From Candidatus Gottesmanbacteria bacterium (lineage in GTDB: Bacteria > Patescibacteriota > Microgenomatia > 2-02-FULL-39-11): a stretch of DNA of 64,000 nucleotides. The translations under genes were made by a program, and so were the position numbers. Positions within the stretch are counted from its first letter, which is position 1. Each line of letters opens with the position of its first letter. The stretch spans positions 90,593-154,592 of the forward strand of contig JACPKY010000002.1 in the NCBI GenBank assembly GCA_016186795.1, in the 5' to 3' direction. The notes beneath the pieces are model-generated. The model was given only the letters and a program-made list of their open reading frames with translations. It was not told where the DNA came from and did no database searches. Shown in pieces: positions 1-12,956 of the stretch.

Positions 1-224
1 TTCTCTTTCGACAAACGTTGTTGATCTCCAAGTAGTTTTAGGTGTAGGATTCACTCAATGATACTTCTTATTGCAGTCATCGTTATTTTTGTTGTTTCTT
101 TCTTTCTTGCATACAAAGCTATGAAAAAGGAGCTGGGAACCCCCCCAGAGGTTGAGAATTTAAAGATTTCCAGGAAAAAAAATATCGGCGGAGTTATACT
201 CTTTCTGAAAAAAAAGATTATCCA

Positions 225-932
225 CTATTCTTCTGATACTTCTTGATTTTCTTCTTCAGTTCCACTATTTTCTTGATCCCGAAGTCCCGCATTTACCCGA
301 AGATCGGCAAGGGAAGTGGTAAATGTTGGTTGGGTTGAAAATCGTTTGCCGCGCTTGATCTCGCGAATGAAAATTGAGACGTTTCTCTTCTCGACATTTT
401 TAATACATACCTGATATGTATTTCCTGCCTGAAGGAATCTGAGGAGTCGAAAGGAAATATCATCAGGGAGTGCACCGATATACGTATTGTCTCCATCTCG
501 AACTTCAATCGAATGTTTTTTTGGACAAAGCGAAACAATATCGCCGATATCAAGATGGGAGGTAAAATTTGCTGGTGCGATATTTATAAGGTGCACTGTT
601 TTTGTTTTCCCTGGCTCTTCAATAAATAGTCCCGGCGAGAGTGAATTGTGTTGAGATTTTTTGCGATTACCACGCTTTTTCGTTTTGAAAAGCGTATTAA
701 TTCGCTCAAGATTTTTTTGGGCGATGAGATTGTATTTATCAAGAGCAAGTATTTTTCGGTACAAGCGTCTCGCCTCCTCAAGCTCTCCAAGTTGAGTATA
801 CGCATATCCGAGTCTATTTAATGTACTGATGTCGTTTTTATTGTCTTTGAGAATTTCTTGGTTTAATTCGATTGCCTTTTCCCAATCATGAGTTAAAGCG
901 GCTTGGATTGCGATTGAAGTTGAATCGTGCAT
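225..932 (-). CDS. TPR-repeat protein with uncharacterised C-terminal domain
   Basis: The N-terminal half has TPR-like helical repeats (AIELNQEILKDNKNDISTLNRLGYAYTQLGELEEARRLYRKILALD). The C-terminal half has no motif I recognise. Confidence 0.5.
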   Translation of the reverse strand: MHDSTSIAIQAALTHDWEKAIELNQEILKDNKNDISTLNRLGYAYTQLGELEEARRLYRKILALDKYNLIAQKNLERINTLFKTKKRGNRKKSQHNSLSPGLFIEEPGKTKTVHLINIAPANFTSHLDIGDIVSLCPKKHSIEVRDGDNTYIGALPDDISFRLLRFLQAGNTYQVCIKNVEKRNVSIFIREIKRGKRFSTQPTFTTSLADLRVNAGLRDQENSGTEEENQEVSEE

Positions 933-1023
933 GACTACAATCTTATTTCGGAGAGTAAAAAATATAGAGGTAGTTTACGGATCGAGTTGAGAAAAGTCAA
1001 GGGGGAAGATATAATGTGACCGC

Positions 1024-1767
1024 ATGTCTGGACACTCAAAATGGTCAAAGGTAAAACATCAAAAGGAACAAACTGATAGTGTAAAGGCGAAGATTTTTAC
1101 CAAAATGACCAACGCAATTATTATCGCAGTCCGTCAGGGTGGGGGAGTTACCGACCCAATTGCAAATGTCCGTCTCCGCCTTGCTATCGATCGTGCTCGG
1201 TTGGCAAACATGCCAAAAGACAAGATCGAGAGGGCACTTCAAAGAGGAAAAGGGGAAGGTGCAGAAGGGGAAGTTGAGGAGGCAATCTATGAGGCGTTTG
1301 GTCCGGGAGGTGTTGGGATAATCATTGAGGCAGTCACAAATAATAAACAGCGGACAGTTGCGGGAATTAAAAACGTTTTGGATCATGAAGGAGGAAACTT
1401 AGCGCAAAGCGGGTCTGTTGCACATATGTTTGAACTCGTAGGTCTTATTCGGGTTTTAGAGCAGGGAAAAACGAGTGATGAAATTATGGAGGCGGCAATT
1501 GACGGTGGCGCGATTGACATCGATACCGAAGGAGAAGAGAACGATATCTATACCCAAGCCTCAAAACTTCATGAGGTGAAAGAAACTATTTCCGCACGTG
1601 GTATTTCCATATCCTCAAGCGAATTGTATTACCGACCCAAAATAGTTGTTCCGGTTACTAACAAAGAAACAGCTAGCAAGCTTTTGCGGCTTTTAACGAA
1701 TCTTGAGGAATTAGAAGATGTTCATACGGTATTTGCGAATTTTGATATTCCAAACGAGTTTCTGTAG
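1024..1767 (+). CDS. yebC: YebC/PmpR family probable transcriptional regulatory protein
   Basis: The N-terminus MSGHSKWSKVKHQKEQ...KIFTK is the hallmark YebC (DUF28) start. The length (247 aa) is typical. Confidence 0.9.
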   Translation: MSGHSKWSKVKHQKEQTDSVKAKIFTKMTNAIIIAVRQGGGVTDPIANVRLRLAIDRARLANMPKDKIERALQRGKGEGAEGEVEEAIYEAFGPGGVGIIIEAVTNNKQRTVAGIKNVLDHEGGNLAQSGSVAHMFELVGLIRVLEQGKTSDEIMEAAIDGGAIDIDTEGEENDIYTQASKLHEVKETISARGISISSSELYYRPKIVVPVTNKETASKLLRLLTNLEELEDVHTVFANFDIPNEFL

Positions 1768-1778
1768 AGTTTTGGACA

Positions 1779-2597
1779 ATGACAAAATTACACCTGTTTT
1801 TTCGCAGAAACATTCGGTTTTATCTTCATCTTGATAAAACTCAGCGTTTTGCCATTCAAACGGTATTTCTAACTGCCGGAATTCTTTTAACACAGCTTAT
1901 CTGGGATGATTATCGTTTCCTTATGGTTGGGATACTCGCCGTTTGTGCATACGCGCTAACCATTTGGTCGCTTTCCGAGGATATTAAGGGGATAGAGTGG
2001 CTCATGCTTTTTATTCTCCCGGTTCTTTTTACTTTCTCGGTTTCTCTTTTTTATTTTTTGCTTCCTGCAAGGTGGATTATACGACTTTCAACAACCACCA
2101 TTTTTGCAATCGGGACGTATGCGATACTCAAAGCAGTCAACATTTATAATGTTGCAGTGAATCGATCCATTCCGCTCCTTCGCGTTGCTCAAACAAGTGG
2201 GCTTCTCATTACGTTGGTTGTGGTTTTTTTGGTTAGTAATATTGTTCTTTCCCTCAAGATGCCCTTTTGGGCAAACTCAATCGTCGTCTTTCCTCTCATC
2301 TTTCTTCTTTCGCTCCAGTCATTCTGGTCAATTACGCTTGAAAATCATATTTCGCGAAATCTTTTGATGAACAGTCTTCTTGTTGCAGTGATTGTAGGGG
2401 AGGAGAGTATAGCTCTTTCATTTTGGCCACTCCAATTATCCACGGCCTCACTTTTTTTTGCCGCAACGTATTATGCCGTTACCGGTATTATTCAGCAGCA
2501 TCTTCAAGGACGGTTGTTTCGAAATACCATTCGGGAATACATTTTCGCATTCATCATCGCCTTTGCCCTTCTTCTCTTAACATCGTCATGGGGATAA
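1779..2597 (+). CDS. hypothetical polytopic membrane protein
   Basis: A 272-aa ORF with about 7 hydrophobic helices and no motif I recognise. Confidence 0.45.
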   Translation: MTKLHLFFRRNIRFYLHLDKTQRFAIQTVFLTAGILLTQLIWDDYRFLMVGILAVCAYALTIWSLSEDIKGIEWLMLFILPVLFTFSVSLFYFLLPARWIIRLSTTTIFAIGTYAILKAVNIYNVAVNRSIPLLRVAQTSGLLITLVVVFLVSNIVLSLKMPFWANSIVVFPLIFLLSLQSFWSITLENHISRNLLMNSLLVAVIVGEESIALSFWPLQLSTASLFFAATYYAVTGIIQQHLQGRLFRNTIREYIFAFIIAFALLLLTSSWG

Positions 2598-3778
2598 TTA
2601 ACAATATCAAGTATCAAACCTTTGATGGAGGAGAGGGGAGAGAGTTTACCAGGGGCAGGCAAAGCCTATTAGTATGTGTCCTATAGTAATATAAATCCAT
2701 TGTGGATAGTTTTCACGAAAAATAGATGTCAGTTTTCACGAAATGAAGAGCACAATCTGGCTTCAGTTGATATAGTTTGGATCACTTCTACTCCTTCGTT
2801 CCTTTCTCATATCACCACCTAAATTCGATATGTATAGCAAGAATCGTAAGAAGAATTAGCCTCAAAAACAAGGGTTTATGCTTATACAAAGCTCCATATA
2901 TCAATTATATATCCATGTCGCCCTACCAAACCCGAGCACTTCAGGCAACAGAGTGACAAATATATTTATTTCCTCATTCGAGAATAAGTAGCTTCGAAAA
3001 GTGTTATTGCCCTCTCGAGGAGGGATTGCAGAGCATAATTAGCCTCAAAAATAACATCATAGCTTACTATAACGCTCTATTTATGAATGATCGCGGACAA
3101 CGTGATCTTCAATAATTTAGCCACAAAATTATTAATTTAGAGCTTTATGATGGGCCAAAGTAGGGTGGTGTAAGAAAACCCGAAGCACGCTTATTTTCCC
3201 GTATATTCCTCATCGCTTCTTGGTAAGCGTAAGTGATAATCACCAATACAAAATTATAATCTCTTTACAGTTGATTACGTAATCGTTGCGGAGTGATCCC
3301 GGACGTACTACACTCTTCTGCCAGTTCTTTTCCACGGATCCCTTCCTTGTTTAGAAAAAAATAGAAAAAAAGTAGAAGGAATATAGACGAGGAGTGGTAT
3401 ACATAATGTCGTACAATGATGCTTTTGCGACATTAATACGCACACGTACCGGGGAAGTGGTCATTTGTGTATTTGATTTACTTTGGCAAAATTCATCGTG
3501 GAAATTATTAGAAATTGACAGGAATGTAAATTTCAGTAATTTCGTTTTCCTCTCTTTGGAACTCTACTCATAAAAATGCCGAAAACAGGTCCTGCAAAAC
3601 GGGATTGTTGGTGAAAGTTGATGTGCGTATTGGGAGTAGACATAAAATATTCAGGTGGTACGACAATCACCCTTCCTAGGGCACTATAGAGGCTTGCATT
3701 TAGCCTCGGAAATCTGGACATGGGAATTGATTTATTCGATGTCGCAAAATGTCACATGATGTGATAGAGTGAAAATAT

Positions 3779-4705
3779 ATGGATCTTATCGAGGCAGTCA
3801 ATCAGTTTCTAGAATATATTGAATTGGAGAAAAATTGTTCCCGGTTGACTATCCGCAATTATCGCCATTATTTAGACAGATTTATTCAGTTTGGAGCTTC
3901 ACAATCGCCTTATCTATCACATACAGCCTCGGTAACTCCGGAAGTCATAAGGACGTACCGACTTTTTTTATCTCGATTTGTTGATGAAAAGGGAGTTCCT
4001 CTTCAGCGGATTACCCAAAACTATCATCTTATAGCCCTCAGGTCCATGCTGAGGTTCTTAGTAAGAAGAGGGACGAAAGTACTGAGCCCGGATCAAATTG
4101 AACTTGCAAAGGCAGAGAGTAGATCGCTCAAATTTTTGGACCGCGAACAGATGGATAGACTTCTAAACATGCCGGAAATTTCTACTCCTCAGGGGTTACG
4201 GGATAAAGCAATATTAGAAGTTCTTTTCAGTACCGGTCTTCGGGTGAGCGAACTTGTGCGGTTAAATCGGGACATGATCAATCTTGAGAGCGGTGAGTTT
4301 GGGGTGATTGGTAAAGGCGGTCGTCCGCGAGTAGTATTTTTGTCTGAATCTGCTCTCAGATGGTTAACTGACTATCTTTCCTCAAGAGAAGATGAGTACA
4401 AGCCGGTATTTATTCGTTATTCTGGAAAGACTCCGGAAGTATCAGTTGATGGGTTGGGGCTTCGTCTTTCAGCCCGTTCAATCCAGCGAATTGTCGAGAA
4501 ATATGTCAAAAAGGCACATTTGCCGTTGAAAATTACCCCTCATGGACTTCGTCACACATTTGCCACTGATCTTCTTTCAGGGGGTGCCGATCTTCGAGCA
4601 ATTCAGGAAATGCTCGGGCATAAAAATATATCAACGACTCAGATTTACACCCATGTGACCAATCCGCAACTCCGAGAAATCCATAAAAAATACCATAGGA
4701 AATGA
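3779..4705 (+). CDS. site-specific tyrosine recombinase, XerC/XerD family
   Basis: An N-terminal SAM-like core-binding domain (LEYIELEKNCSRLTIRNYRHYLDRF) is present. The C-terminal catalytic region HGLRHTFATDLLSGGADLRAIQEMLGHKNISTTQIYTHV has the R..H..R..Y tyrosine-recombinase signature. The length (308 aa) fits Xer. Confidence 0.85.
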   Translation: MDLIEAVNQFLEYIELEKNCSRLTIRNYRHYLDRFIQFGASQSPYLSHTASVTPEVIRTYRLFLSRFVDEKGVPLQRITQNYHLIALRSMLRFLVRRGTKVLSPDQIELAKAESRSLKFLDREQMDRLLNMPEISTPQGLRDKAILEVLFSTGLRVSELVRLNRDMINLESGEFGVIGKGGRPRVVFLSESALRWLTDYLSSREDEYKPVFIRYSGKTPEVSVDGLGLRLSARSIQRIVEKYVKKAHLPLKITPHGLRHTFATDLLSGGADLRAIQEMLGHKNISTTQIYTHVTNPQLREIHKKYHRK

Positions 4706-4708
4706 AGT

Positions 4709-5560
4709 TTAGATTTGATAAGAAGTAGCTTTCAGGACGTTTTCAAAAAGACAAGCAACATTTACTGGTCCAACTCCACCTGGTACCGGTGTATAAAACG
4801 CGACGATATCTCTTATTTTCTCCTCGTTATAATCTGGATAGAGTTTCTGATTTTCCGCATGGAGGCCGACACCTATTAATATGGTTTTCAATGAGACCAT
4901 TTCACGTCGTACAATGTTTGGTTTCCCGACACAACTGACAATAATATCTGATTGTTTTGCAGTTTCATCCATATTTTTTGATTGACTATGAGCAATAGTT
5001 ACCACGGCTCCTACGTTTTTCAATTTTTCTGCAATTGGTTCCCCAGCTGTCTCTCCCCTACCGATAACGAGGACATGCTGTTTTCTTATCCATGACTCAA
5101 AAGAGATACTTGATTTTCCTTCTTTCGCGCTCGTCTCAAAGACATGTCGAAGTATTGCAAGCGTTGCGTTAGCGATTGGCGGTGTAAAACGTGATTGTGG
5201 ATGGAAGCCGTCAACGTCTTTTTCTGGTGGTACCATCTCATTGAGTATTTTTTTATCTATCGGAAGCGGCACAGGGCGTTGAATAATAGCACCGTGAATT
5301 TCCTTTTTGTGAACGAAAGAATTGACTTGGTGGAGGAAGCTTTTCGTATCTGTGGAGGCAGAAAAATGATAGATAGTGACTTTTACCCCGAGTTTTTGTC
5401 CATACTTTTCTTTTTGGTTGACATATACCATGGAGGAAGAGTCATTTCCAACAAGGATTACTGCTAAATGCGGGCGAATGTGTTGCTGCAAAAGTTTCGC
5501 GACCGTTTCCTTTTGCATTTCCAGAATATGGTGTGCTATCAGTCTTCCATCGATTTTCAT
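4709..5560 (-). CDS. folD: bifunctional methylenetetrahydrofolate dehydrogenase/cyclohydrolase FolD
   Basis: The N-terminus MKIDGRLIAHHIL..LAVILVGNDSSS..YV..K is FolD-like. A Rossmann segment VLVIGRGETAGEP and the C-terminal YTPVPGGVGPVNVACL match FolD. Confidence 0.9.
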   Translation of the reverse strand: MKIDGRLIAHHILEMQKETVAKLLQQHIRPHLAVILVGNDSSSMVYVNQKEKYGQKLGVKVTIYHFSASTDTKSFLHQVNSFVHKKEIHGAIIQRPVPLPIDKKILNEMVPPEKDVDGFHPQSRFTPPIANATLAILRHVFETSAKEGKSSISFESWIRKQHVLVIGRGETAGEPIAEKLKNVGAVVTIAHSQSKNMDETAKQSDIIVSCVGKPNIVRREMVSLKTILIGVGLHAENQKLYPDYNEEKIRDIVAFYTPVPGGVGPVNVACLFENVLKATSYQI

Positions 5561-5569
5561 GAGTACATC

Positions 5570-8053
5570 CTATCCGAGACATGTAGTAGCTGCAACGGCA
5601 TCCCCTTGATGGGAAAATCGCATCAGGATAACACCTTGAGTAGTTCGAGAAAGCCGTGGGACTGAGGTAATCGGCAGTTTTACCACTTGTCCTTTCACAG
5701 ATGTAAGAACAAGATTTTGACAATCCGTTGGGATAAGTTGGGCACTAATGACTTTTCCAGTTTTCGCAGTTACGTCAGCAACTTTCACTCCCTGTCCGCC
5801 TCTATGTTGCCTGGGGAAATTCGATACAGGAGTTTTTTTACCCAAACCCTTTTCCATGATTGTCAAAAAGTCTGCTTGTTGCTCACCCTTTCCTATAATT
5901 TCCATTGCGACAAGATAATCATCTTTTCCCATAAGGATTCCCCGGACACCCATCGTATCTCTTCCTGTGGGACGTACTTCTTTTTCTGGACATTTAATTG
6001 ATTTCCCTTCGTGGGTTACCACGAGAATATCATCTTCTCCGGTTGAAAGTCGTGCCCATCTAAGTTCATCTCCGGCTTCAAGTTTTATTGCAACCAGTCC
6101 ATTTCTTCGAATGTGTTCATACTCTTTCAGCCGAGATTTTTTGACCGTTCCCCGCTTTGTTCCCATGACAATATAGGAGTATTTGCGGCTTTCCTCTCCC
6201 TTCAGTGCATACGTTAAGACCGACGTTACGAGCTCATTTTGATCGATGTTAATAAGATTAATGATTGCTTGACCTTTACTGATACGTGTTCCCTCAGGAA
6301 GATCCCAGACCCGAAGTTGATAGACTTTCCCTTTATTGGTAAAAATCAGAAGATTATCGTGTGTATAAGCAGAAAGGAAGAGTTCAATCGTGTCTTCTTC
6401 TTTGGTGGTAATACCAATAACTCCTTTTCCTCCGCGTGCTTGTACTTTAAACGATGAAGGAGATTGACGTTTCACATAGCCACTTTTGGTCATCACAATG
6501 ACTGTTTCCTCGTTTTGAATGAGCTCTTCATCGGAAAATTCTCCCACCTTTGATTTGTACACACGCGTTCGGCGTTCATCGCCGTATTTCTCTTTCAGCT
6601 TGACTAGCTCATCTTTTATAACTGCCATGATTTTTGCAGGATTGGCAAGGAGACCTTCAAGGTACTCAATGGTTTCCCGAAGCATGGCGAGCTCATCCTC
6701 GATTTTTTGCCGCTCAAGTGCAGCTAACCTTTTCAACTGCATGTCCAAAATCGCTTGTGACTGAATTTCGGTTAAACCAAATTTTTGTATGAGCTTTCCT
6801 CTTGCATCATCAACGTCCTTGGCTTTTTTGATTATTTCGACAACTTCATCGATATGGTCAACCGCAATTTTTAACCCTTCAAGGATATGGGCGCGGAGTT
6901 TCGCTTCTCGCAGTTCAAACTCACTTCTTCTGCGAATAACGTTGTGGCGATGTTTCAGGTATTCCTCAAGAATCATTTTGAGTGTCATCGTCTGAGGAGT
7001 TTTATCAACGAGAGCGACTATGTTTACTGCAAAAACAGTTTGAATCTCTGTGTGCTTATAAAGATTATTGAGGACTTTTCGTGGGACTGAATCACGTTTC
7101 AGTTCGATTACAACCCGGATTCCGCGCCTGTCAGATTCGTCTCTCAAGTCTGAAATCCCTTCGATCTTTTTGTCTTTTACAAGATCAGCAATCCGCATAA
7201 TAAGTTGTGCCTTGTTCACCTGGTATGGAAGTTCTGTTAGAATGATTGCAGATTTTCCACCTCCCATTTCTTCTATTTCAGCTTTCCCCCGAACGACAAT
7301 TTTTCCTCGACCTGTTGCATACGCATTTTTGATTTCTTCGATATCGTAGATAAGGCCTGCTGTTGGAAAATCCGGTCCTTGGATATACTTCATGATTTCT
7401 TCAAGAGTGGCATCTACATGCATCTTTTTCGCTCCTTGATCATCGGCAACAAAGGTGGTTTTTCCAATTAGAAATATAAGGGCATCGCAAACTTCGGAAA
7501 GATTATGCGGAGGGATTTTGGTGGCCATGCCAACTGCAATGCCATCTCCTCCCATGAGGAGAAGGTTAGGGAGTTTTGCAGGCAACCATACTGGTTCTTT
7601 GAGAGTACCGTCAAAATTTGGAATGAACTCAACCGTTTCTTTCTCAATATCGATAAGAACTTCTTCGGCAATTTTGGAGAGTTTAACTTCCGTGTACCGC
7701 ATGGCCGCCGGTGGATCACCATCGATTGAGCCAAAATTTCCTTGACCCGAAATCAAGGGATACCGCATAGAGAATTCCTGTGCCAGGCGTACAAGCGCAT
7801 CATAGACAGGCATATCTCCATGAGGATGATATTTTCCCAAGACTTCTCCGACAACTTTTGCCGATTTGGTGTGTTTCCCGGTATAGTGGAGTCCTAATTG
7901 ATGCATGGCATAGAGGATTCTCCGATGGACTGGTTTCAGACCATCCCGAACATCAGGAAGTGCCCGAGCAACGATGACACTCATCGCGTAGTCGAGATAG
8001 CTTCGTTGCATCTCATCAGTGATTCCTGTTGGTTGAAGTTTTCCGATAGACAT
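5570..8053 (-). CDS. gyrA: DNA gyrase subunit A
   Basis: The N-terminus contains [21 protein letters not shown] with the catalytic Tyr region. The protein is 827 aa, with C-terminal beta-pinwheel repeats. Confidence 0.95.
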   Translation of the reverse strand: MSIGKLQPTGITDEMQRSYLDYAMSVIVARALPDVRDGLKPVHRRILYAMHQLGLHYTGKHTKSAKVVGEVLGKYHPHGDMPVYDALVRLAQEFSMRYPLISGQGNFGSIDGDPPAAMRYTEVKLSKIAEEVLIDIEKETVEFIPNFDGTLKEPVWLPAKLPNLLLMGGDGIAVGMATKIPPHNLSEVCDALIFLIGKTTFVADDQGAKKMHVDATLEEIMKYIQGPDFPTAGLIYDIEEIKNAYATGRGKIVVRGKAEIEEMGGGKSAIILTELPYQVNKAQLIMRIADLVKDKKIEGISDLRDESDRRGIRVVIELKRDSVPRKVLNNLYKHTEIQTVFAVNIVALVDKTPQTMTLKMILEEYLKHRHNVIRRRSEFELREAKLRAHILEGLKIAVDHIDEVVEIIKKAKDVDDARGKLIQKFGLTEIQSQAILDMQLKRLAALERQKIEDELAMLRETIEYLEGLLANPAKIMAVIKDELVKLKEKYGDERRTRVYKSKVGEFSDEELIQNEETVIVMTKSGYVKRQSPSSFKVQARGGKGVIGITTKEEDTIELFLSAYTHDNLLIFTNKGKVYQLRVWDLPEGTRISKGQAIINLINIDQNELVTSVLTYALKGEESRKYSYIVMGTKRGTVKKSRLKEYEHIRRNGLVAIKLEAGDELRWARLSTGEDDILVVTHEGKSIKCPEKEVRPTGRDTMGVRGILMGKDDYLVAMEIIGKGEQQADFLTIMEKGLGKKTPVSNFPRQHRGGQGVKVADVTAKTGKVISAQLIPTDCQNLVLTSVKGQVVKLPITSVPRLSRTTQGVILMRFSHQGDAVAATTCLG

Positions 8054-8062
8054 TTTGAATTT

Positions 8063-10096
8063 TTATCGTATGCTTCCAGCAATGAGAAGCGCTACAATAT
8101 TTGCTACTTTTATCATAGGATTTATCGCTGGTCCTGCTGTGTCTTTGTACGGATCTCCGACAGTATCTCCCGTGACCGCTGCTTGATGGGCTGGGCTTCC
8201 TTTTCCACCCAAAAATCCTTCCTCAATGTACTTTTTTGCATTGTCCCACGCTGCTCCACCCGTCGTCATTGATATGGCAACAAAGAGTCCTGTGACAATT
8301 GTTCCCACTAAGAGTCCTCCGAGAGCTTGGCTACCCAACACGAATCCTACAAGAATGGGTACCACAACAGGGATAAGTGCAGGGATAATCATTTCTTTCA
8401 AGGCTGATTTTGTGACAATATCGACAGCCCGTCCATACTCAGGTTTTGTTTTCCCTTGCATGATTCCTTTTATTTCCTTAAACTGTCGTCTTACCTCCTG
8501 AACCACAGATTCTGCAGTTCGTCCAACTGCCTCCATTGCCAGTGCACCAAAGATGTATGGAAGGGATGCACCAATAAGAAGTCCTACGATAACGAAGGGG
8601 TCTGAAAGAGAAAAATTCGAAACGGTGTCAACTGAAGCGGTTGTTAAAACTGAGAGTTCCTGTGTGTAGCTTGCAAAAAGAACCAATGCTGCAAGTCCTG
8701 CGGAACCGATTGCGTATGCTTTGGTTATCGCTTTTGTTGTATTCCCAACCGCATCGAGGCTATCAGTGACTTTTCTTACGCTTTCCGGCTGATTCGTCAT
8801 TTCAGCGATTCCACCTGCATTATCAGTTATGGGACCGAAAGCATCAATCGCCACGACAATGCCTGCAATTGACAGCATGGACATGGCAGATAGTGCAATA
8901 CCGTAAAGCCCGGAAAGCACAAAACTAATAAGTGTGGCACTTGCAATAAGAAGGACAGCAGGAAGTGTCGCTTTCATAGAAATAGCAAGACCTGCAATAA
9001 TATTTGTTCCATGTCCAGTGCTGGAGCTAGATGCGATCGTTTTTACTGGGCTATAACTTTTTGAGGTAAAATATTCAGTGATTGCAACCAGCCCAAAAGT
9101 AACAATAATTCCTATTATATTAGCAATGTATAAACTCCCAATCGAATAAAGTCCATTTTCTCCCATAATGAGGTACGTTATGGGATAGAGAGCAATAAGG
9201 CTCAAAACAGAGGCTACGATCAGTCCTTTATAAAGAGCCTGCATGATGTTTTTATTTCTCCCAAGACGCACAAATAACGTTCCAATAATTGATGCAATAT
9301 TGGCAAAAGCTCCAACAGCAAATGGGTAAAGAAGTGCATTGGGGTATGATGGAAATGTGAGATGACCAAGAATCATTACTGCAACGAGCGTAATGACATA
9401 CGTCTCAAAAAGATCTGCTGCCATTCCAGCATCATCGCCAACATTGTCTCCAACGAGATCCGCAATAACTCCAGGATTTCTTGGATCGTCTTCAGGGATG
9501 TTTTTTTCAATTTTCCCAACCATATCAGTGCCGACATCTGCTCCCTTTGTGTAGATTCCTCCTCCGAGTCGGGCAAATACTGAGATGAGTGATCCTCCAA
9601 ATCCCAAAGCAATGAGTGGTTGAATATTAGGAATAGTTTCTGTAGTAAGGGAGGTAAGAAGAAGATACATTCCAGAAACAGAAAAAAGCGCAAGTCCTGA
9701 TACCATAAGACCAGTGACCGATCCACCGTGAAATGCAACAGTGAGCGCATGCTGTAAACCACTTTTTGCAGCCTCTGCAGTTCTGACATTTGCTCGTACC
9801 GATATGCGCATACCCATATATCCTGCAAGAGCAGAACAGAACGCTCCGACCCCAAAGGCGATACTTGCGAGATATCCAAGGGTAAACCAAAGAAGAACAA
9901 CAATAGCAATGGCAATAACACCAACCGTTTTATATTGTCTATTCAAAAATGCGTATGCACCTTCTGAAATTGCATCAGATATCGAAGACATCTCAGGACT
10001 TCCTTTGGGAAGCTTCTCAATTCGAAGTGACAAGTAGATGGCATAGGCAACTGTGCAAATACTAGATAGAATTGCTACATGAGTGAGCGTAAACAT
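8063..10096 (-). CDS. hppA: membrane-bound proton/sodium-translocating pyrophosphatase
   Basis: The motifs GDNVGDDAG...ADLFETY and C-terminal [22 protein letters not shown] are diagnostic of V-type H+-PPase. The 677-aa ORF has about 15 TM helices. Confidence 0.9.
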   Translation of the reverse strand: MFTLTHVAILSSICTVAYAIYLSLRIEKLPKGSPEMSSISDAISEGAYAFLNRQYKTVGVIAIAIVVLLWFTLGYLASIAFGVGAFCSALAGYMGMRISVRANVRTAEAAKSGLQHALTVAFHGGSVTGLMVSGLALFSVSGMYLLLTSLTTETIPNIQPLIALGFGGSLISVFARLGGGIYTKGADVGTDMVGKIEKNIPEDDPRNPGVIADLVGDNVGDDAGMAADLFETYVITLVAVMILGHLTFPSYPNALLYPFAVGAFANIASIIGTLFVRLGRNKNIMQALYKGLIVASVLSLIALYPITYLIMGENGLYSIGSLYIANIIGIIVTFGLVAITEYFTSKSYSPVKTIASSSSTGHGTNIIAGLAISMKATLPAVLLIASATLISFVLSGLYGIALSAMSMLSIAGIVVAIDAFGPITDNAGGIAEMTNQPESVRKVTDSLDAVGNTTKAITKAYAIGSAGLAALVLFASYTQELSVLTTASVDTVSNFSLSDPFVIVGLLIGASLPYIFGALAMEAVGRTAESVVQEVRRQFKEIKGIMQGKTKPEYGRAVDIVTKSALKEMIIPALIPVVVPILVGFVLGSQALGGLLVGTIVTGLFVAISMTTGGAAWDNAKKYIEEGFLGGKGSPAHQAAVTGDTVGDPYKDTAGPAINPMIKVANIVALLIAGSIR

Positions 10097-10109
10097 GGAC
10101 TCTCCTTCC

Positions 10110-12101
<1,992 letters not shown>

Positions 12102-12151
12102 TTATTATAGTCAGGTTTTTGCAATTTGGCAAGAGGAATGAAGGTAAAAGT

Positions 12152-12835
12152 CTAAGAAAACGACGATATCGAAATCTTAGGAAGCCCCATCAAAAACACA
12201 TCCATGGTCGCTTTAAAATTGATATTTCGCGCAAGATAGAGTCGGGCAGATTCTGCCCTTTTGATACTTTGCGCTGTTTCACGTTTTCCTAAAGGGAGCA
12301 TTCCCTTGGGAGATGAAAGATGCGTAGAAAGTGCGGAAATGAGCATTTCTATAAATTCAAGCGCCTCGCCACGCGAATTAATTTTTTCTTGAGAGTAGGC
12401 TACCCGTTTTCCTGGTGATGCAGTTAAGAGTGAGGAAAACTCTTTGGCAAACGTGGGGGTTACCTCATTTTCTTTCCGTGTTGGTCCTCGGATGACAATG
12501 CATCGAGAAACGATTGTTTCAAGAAGAAGATGGATATTTGATGTTGTTAAGACAATATGCGTCTTATTTGGTGGTTCTTCAAGAAGCTTCAAAAGAGCAT
12601 TCGCGGCTTCAAGTGTTGCCAATTCTGCTTTTTTTATTACGATGAGTCTCTCCCCTCCTCCGAGAGGCTTGAGTTTTGTTAACGCAATCAGTTTTCGCAC
12701 ATCCGCAATTCCAATAGAGGGATTTGGACTGATGGAATGAATATTAAATGGAAGAATTTCATATGTTTCCACGAGATGATCAAGATGTTTTTGCAAGAAT
12801 TCATCACGTACTGAGACAAGAAGATATGTTTGCAT
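12152..12835 (-). CDS. holB: DNA polymerase III delta-prime subunit-like (clamp loader)
   Basis: ALLKLLEEPPNKTHIVLTTSNIHLLLETIVSRCIV matches the LLKTLEEPP...SRC sensor motifs of the delta-prime and tau clamp-loader subunits. There is no Walker A, consistent with delta-prime. Confidence 0.6.
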   Translation of the reverse strand: MQTYLLVSVRDEFLQKHLDHLVETYEILPFNIHSISPNPSIGIADVRKLIALTKLKPLGGGERLIVIKKAELATLEAANALLKLLEEPPNKTHIVLTTSNIHLLLETIVSRCIVIRGPTRKENEVTPTFAKEFSSLLTASPGKRVAYSQEKINSRGEALEFIEMLISALSTHLSSPKGMLPLGKRETAQSIKRAESARLYLARNINFKATMDVFLMGLPKISISSFS

Positions 12836-12874
12836 TTATGATCATTCCAGACTGTAATTGGTGGCGGGTTTCTA

Positions 12875-12904
12875 TTGACAATTATACAGGTAAAAAAGGA
12901 TAAT
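12875..12904 (+). promoter_or_regulatory. candidate sigma70-type promoter upstream of pilB
   Basis: TTGACA (12875-12880), an 18-nt spacer, then GATAAT (12899-12904). It lies in the divergent gap between holB and pilB. Confidence 0.25.
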
Positions 12905-12956
12905 GGAAATACCGGTGGATGAATGTACCGGAGTTTATTTGTTGTAGTTCCTGCCC

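Noticed and set aside
58-246. A 62-aa plus-strand ORF at the window start (N-terminal hydrophobic helix, Lys-rich tail)
   Set aside because: It overlaps the 3' end of the TPR gene convergently and has no motif or clear RBS. It could be a real small membrane protein, but the support is too weak.
2598-3778. Search for tRNA, tmRNA, RNase P or SRP RNA in the large non-coding gap
   Set aside because: I found no T-loop GGTTCGAnTCC, no tmRNA tag-reading-frame motif and no RNase P or 4.5S conserved cores by eye. This needs Infernal to be sure.
5687-8272. Many 60-124-aa ORFs on the plus strand inside gyrA and hppA
   Set aside because: They are antisense or alternate-frame to long, motif-verified genes and carry no recognisable motifs. 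They are typical spurious ORFs.
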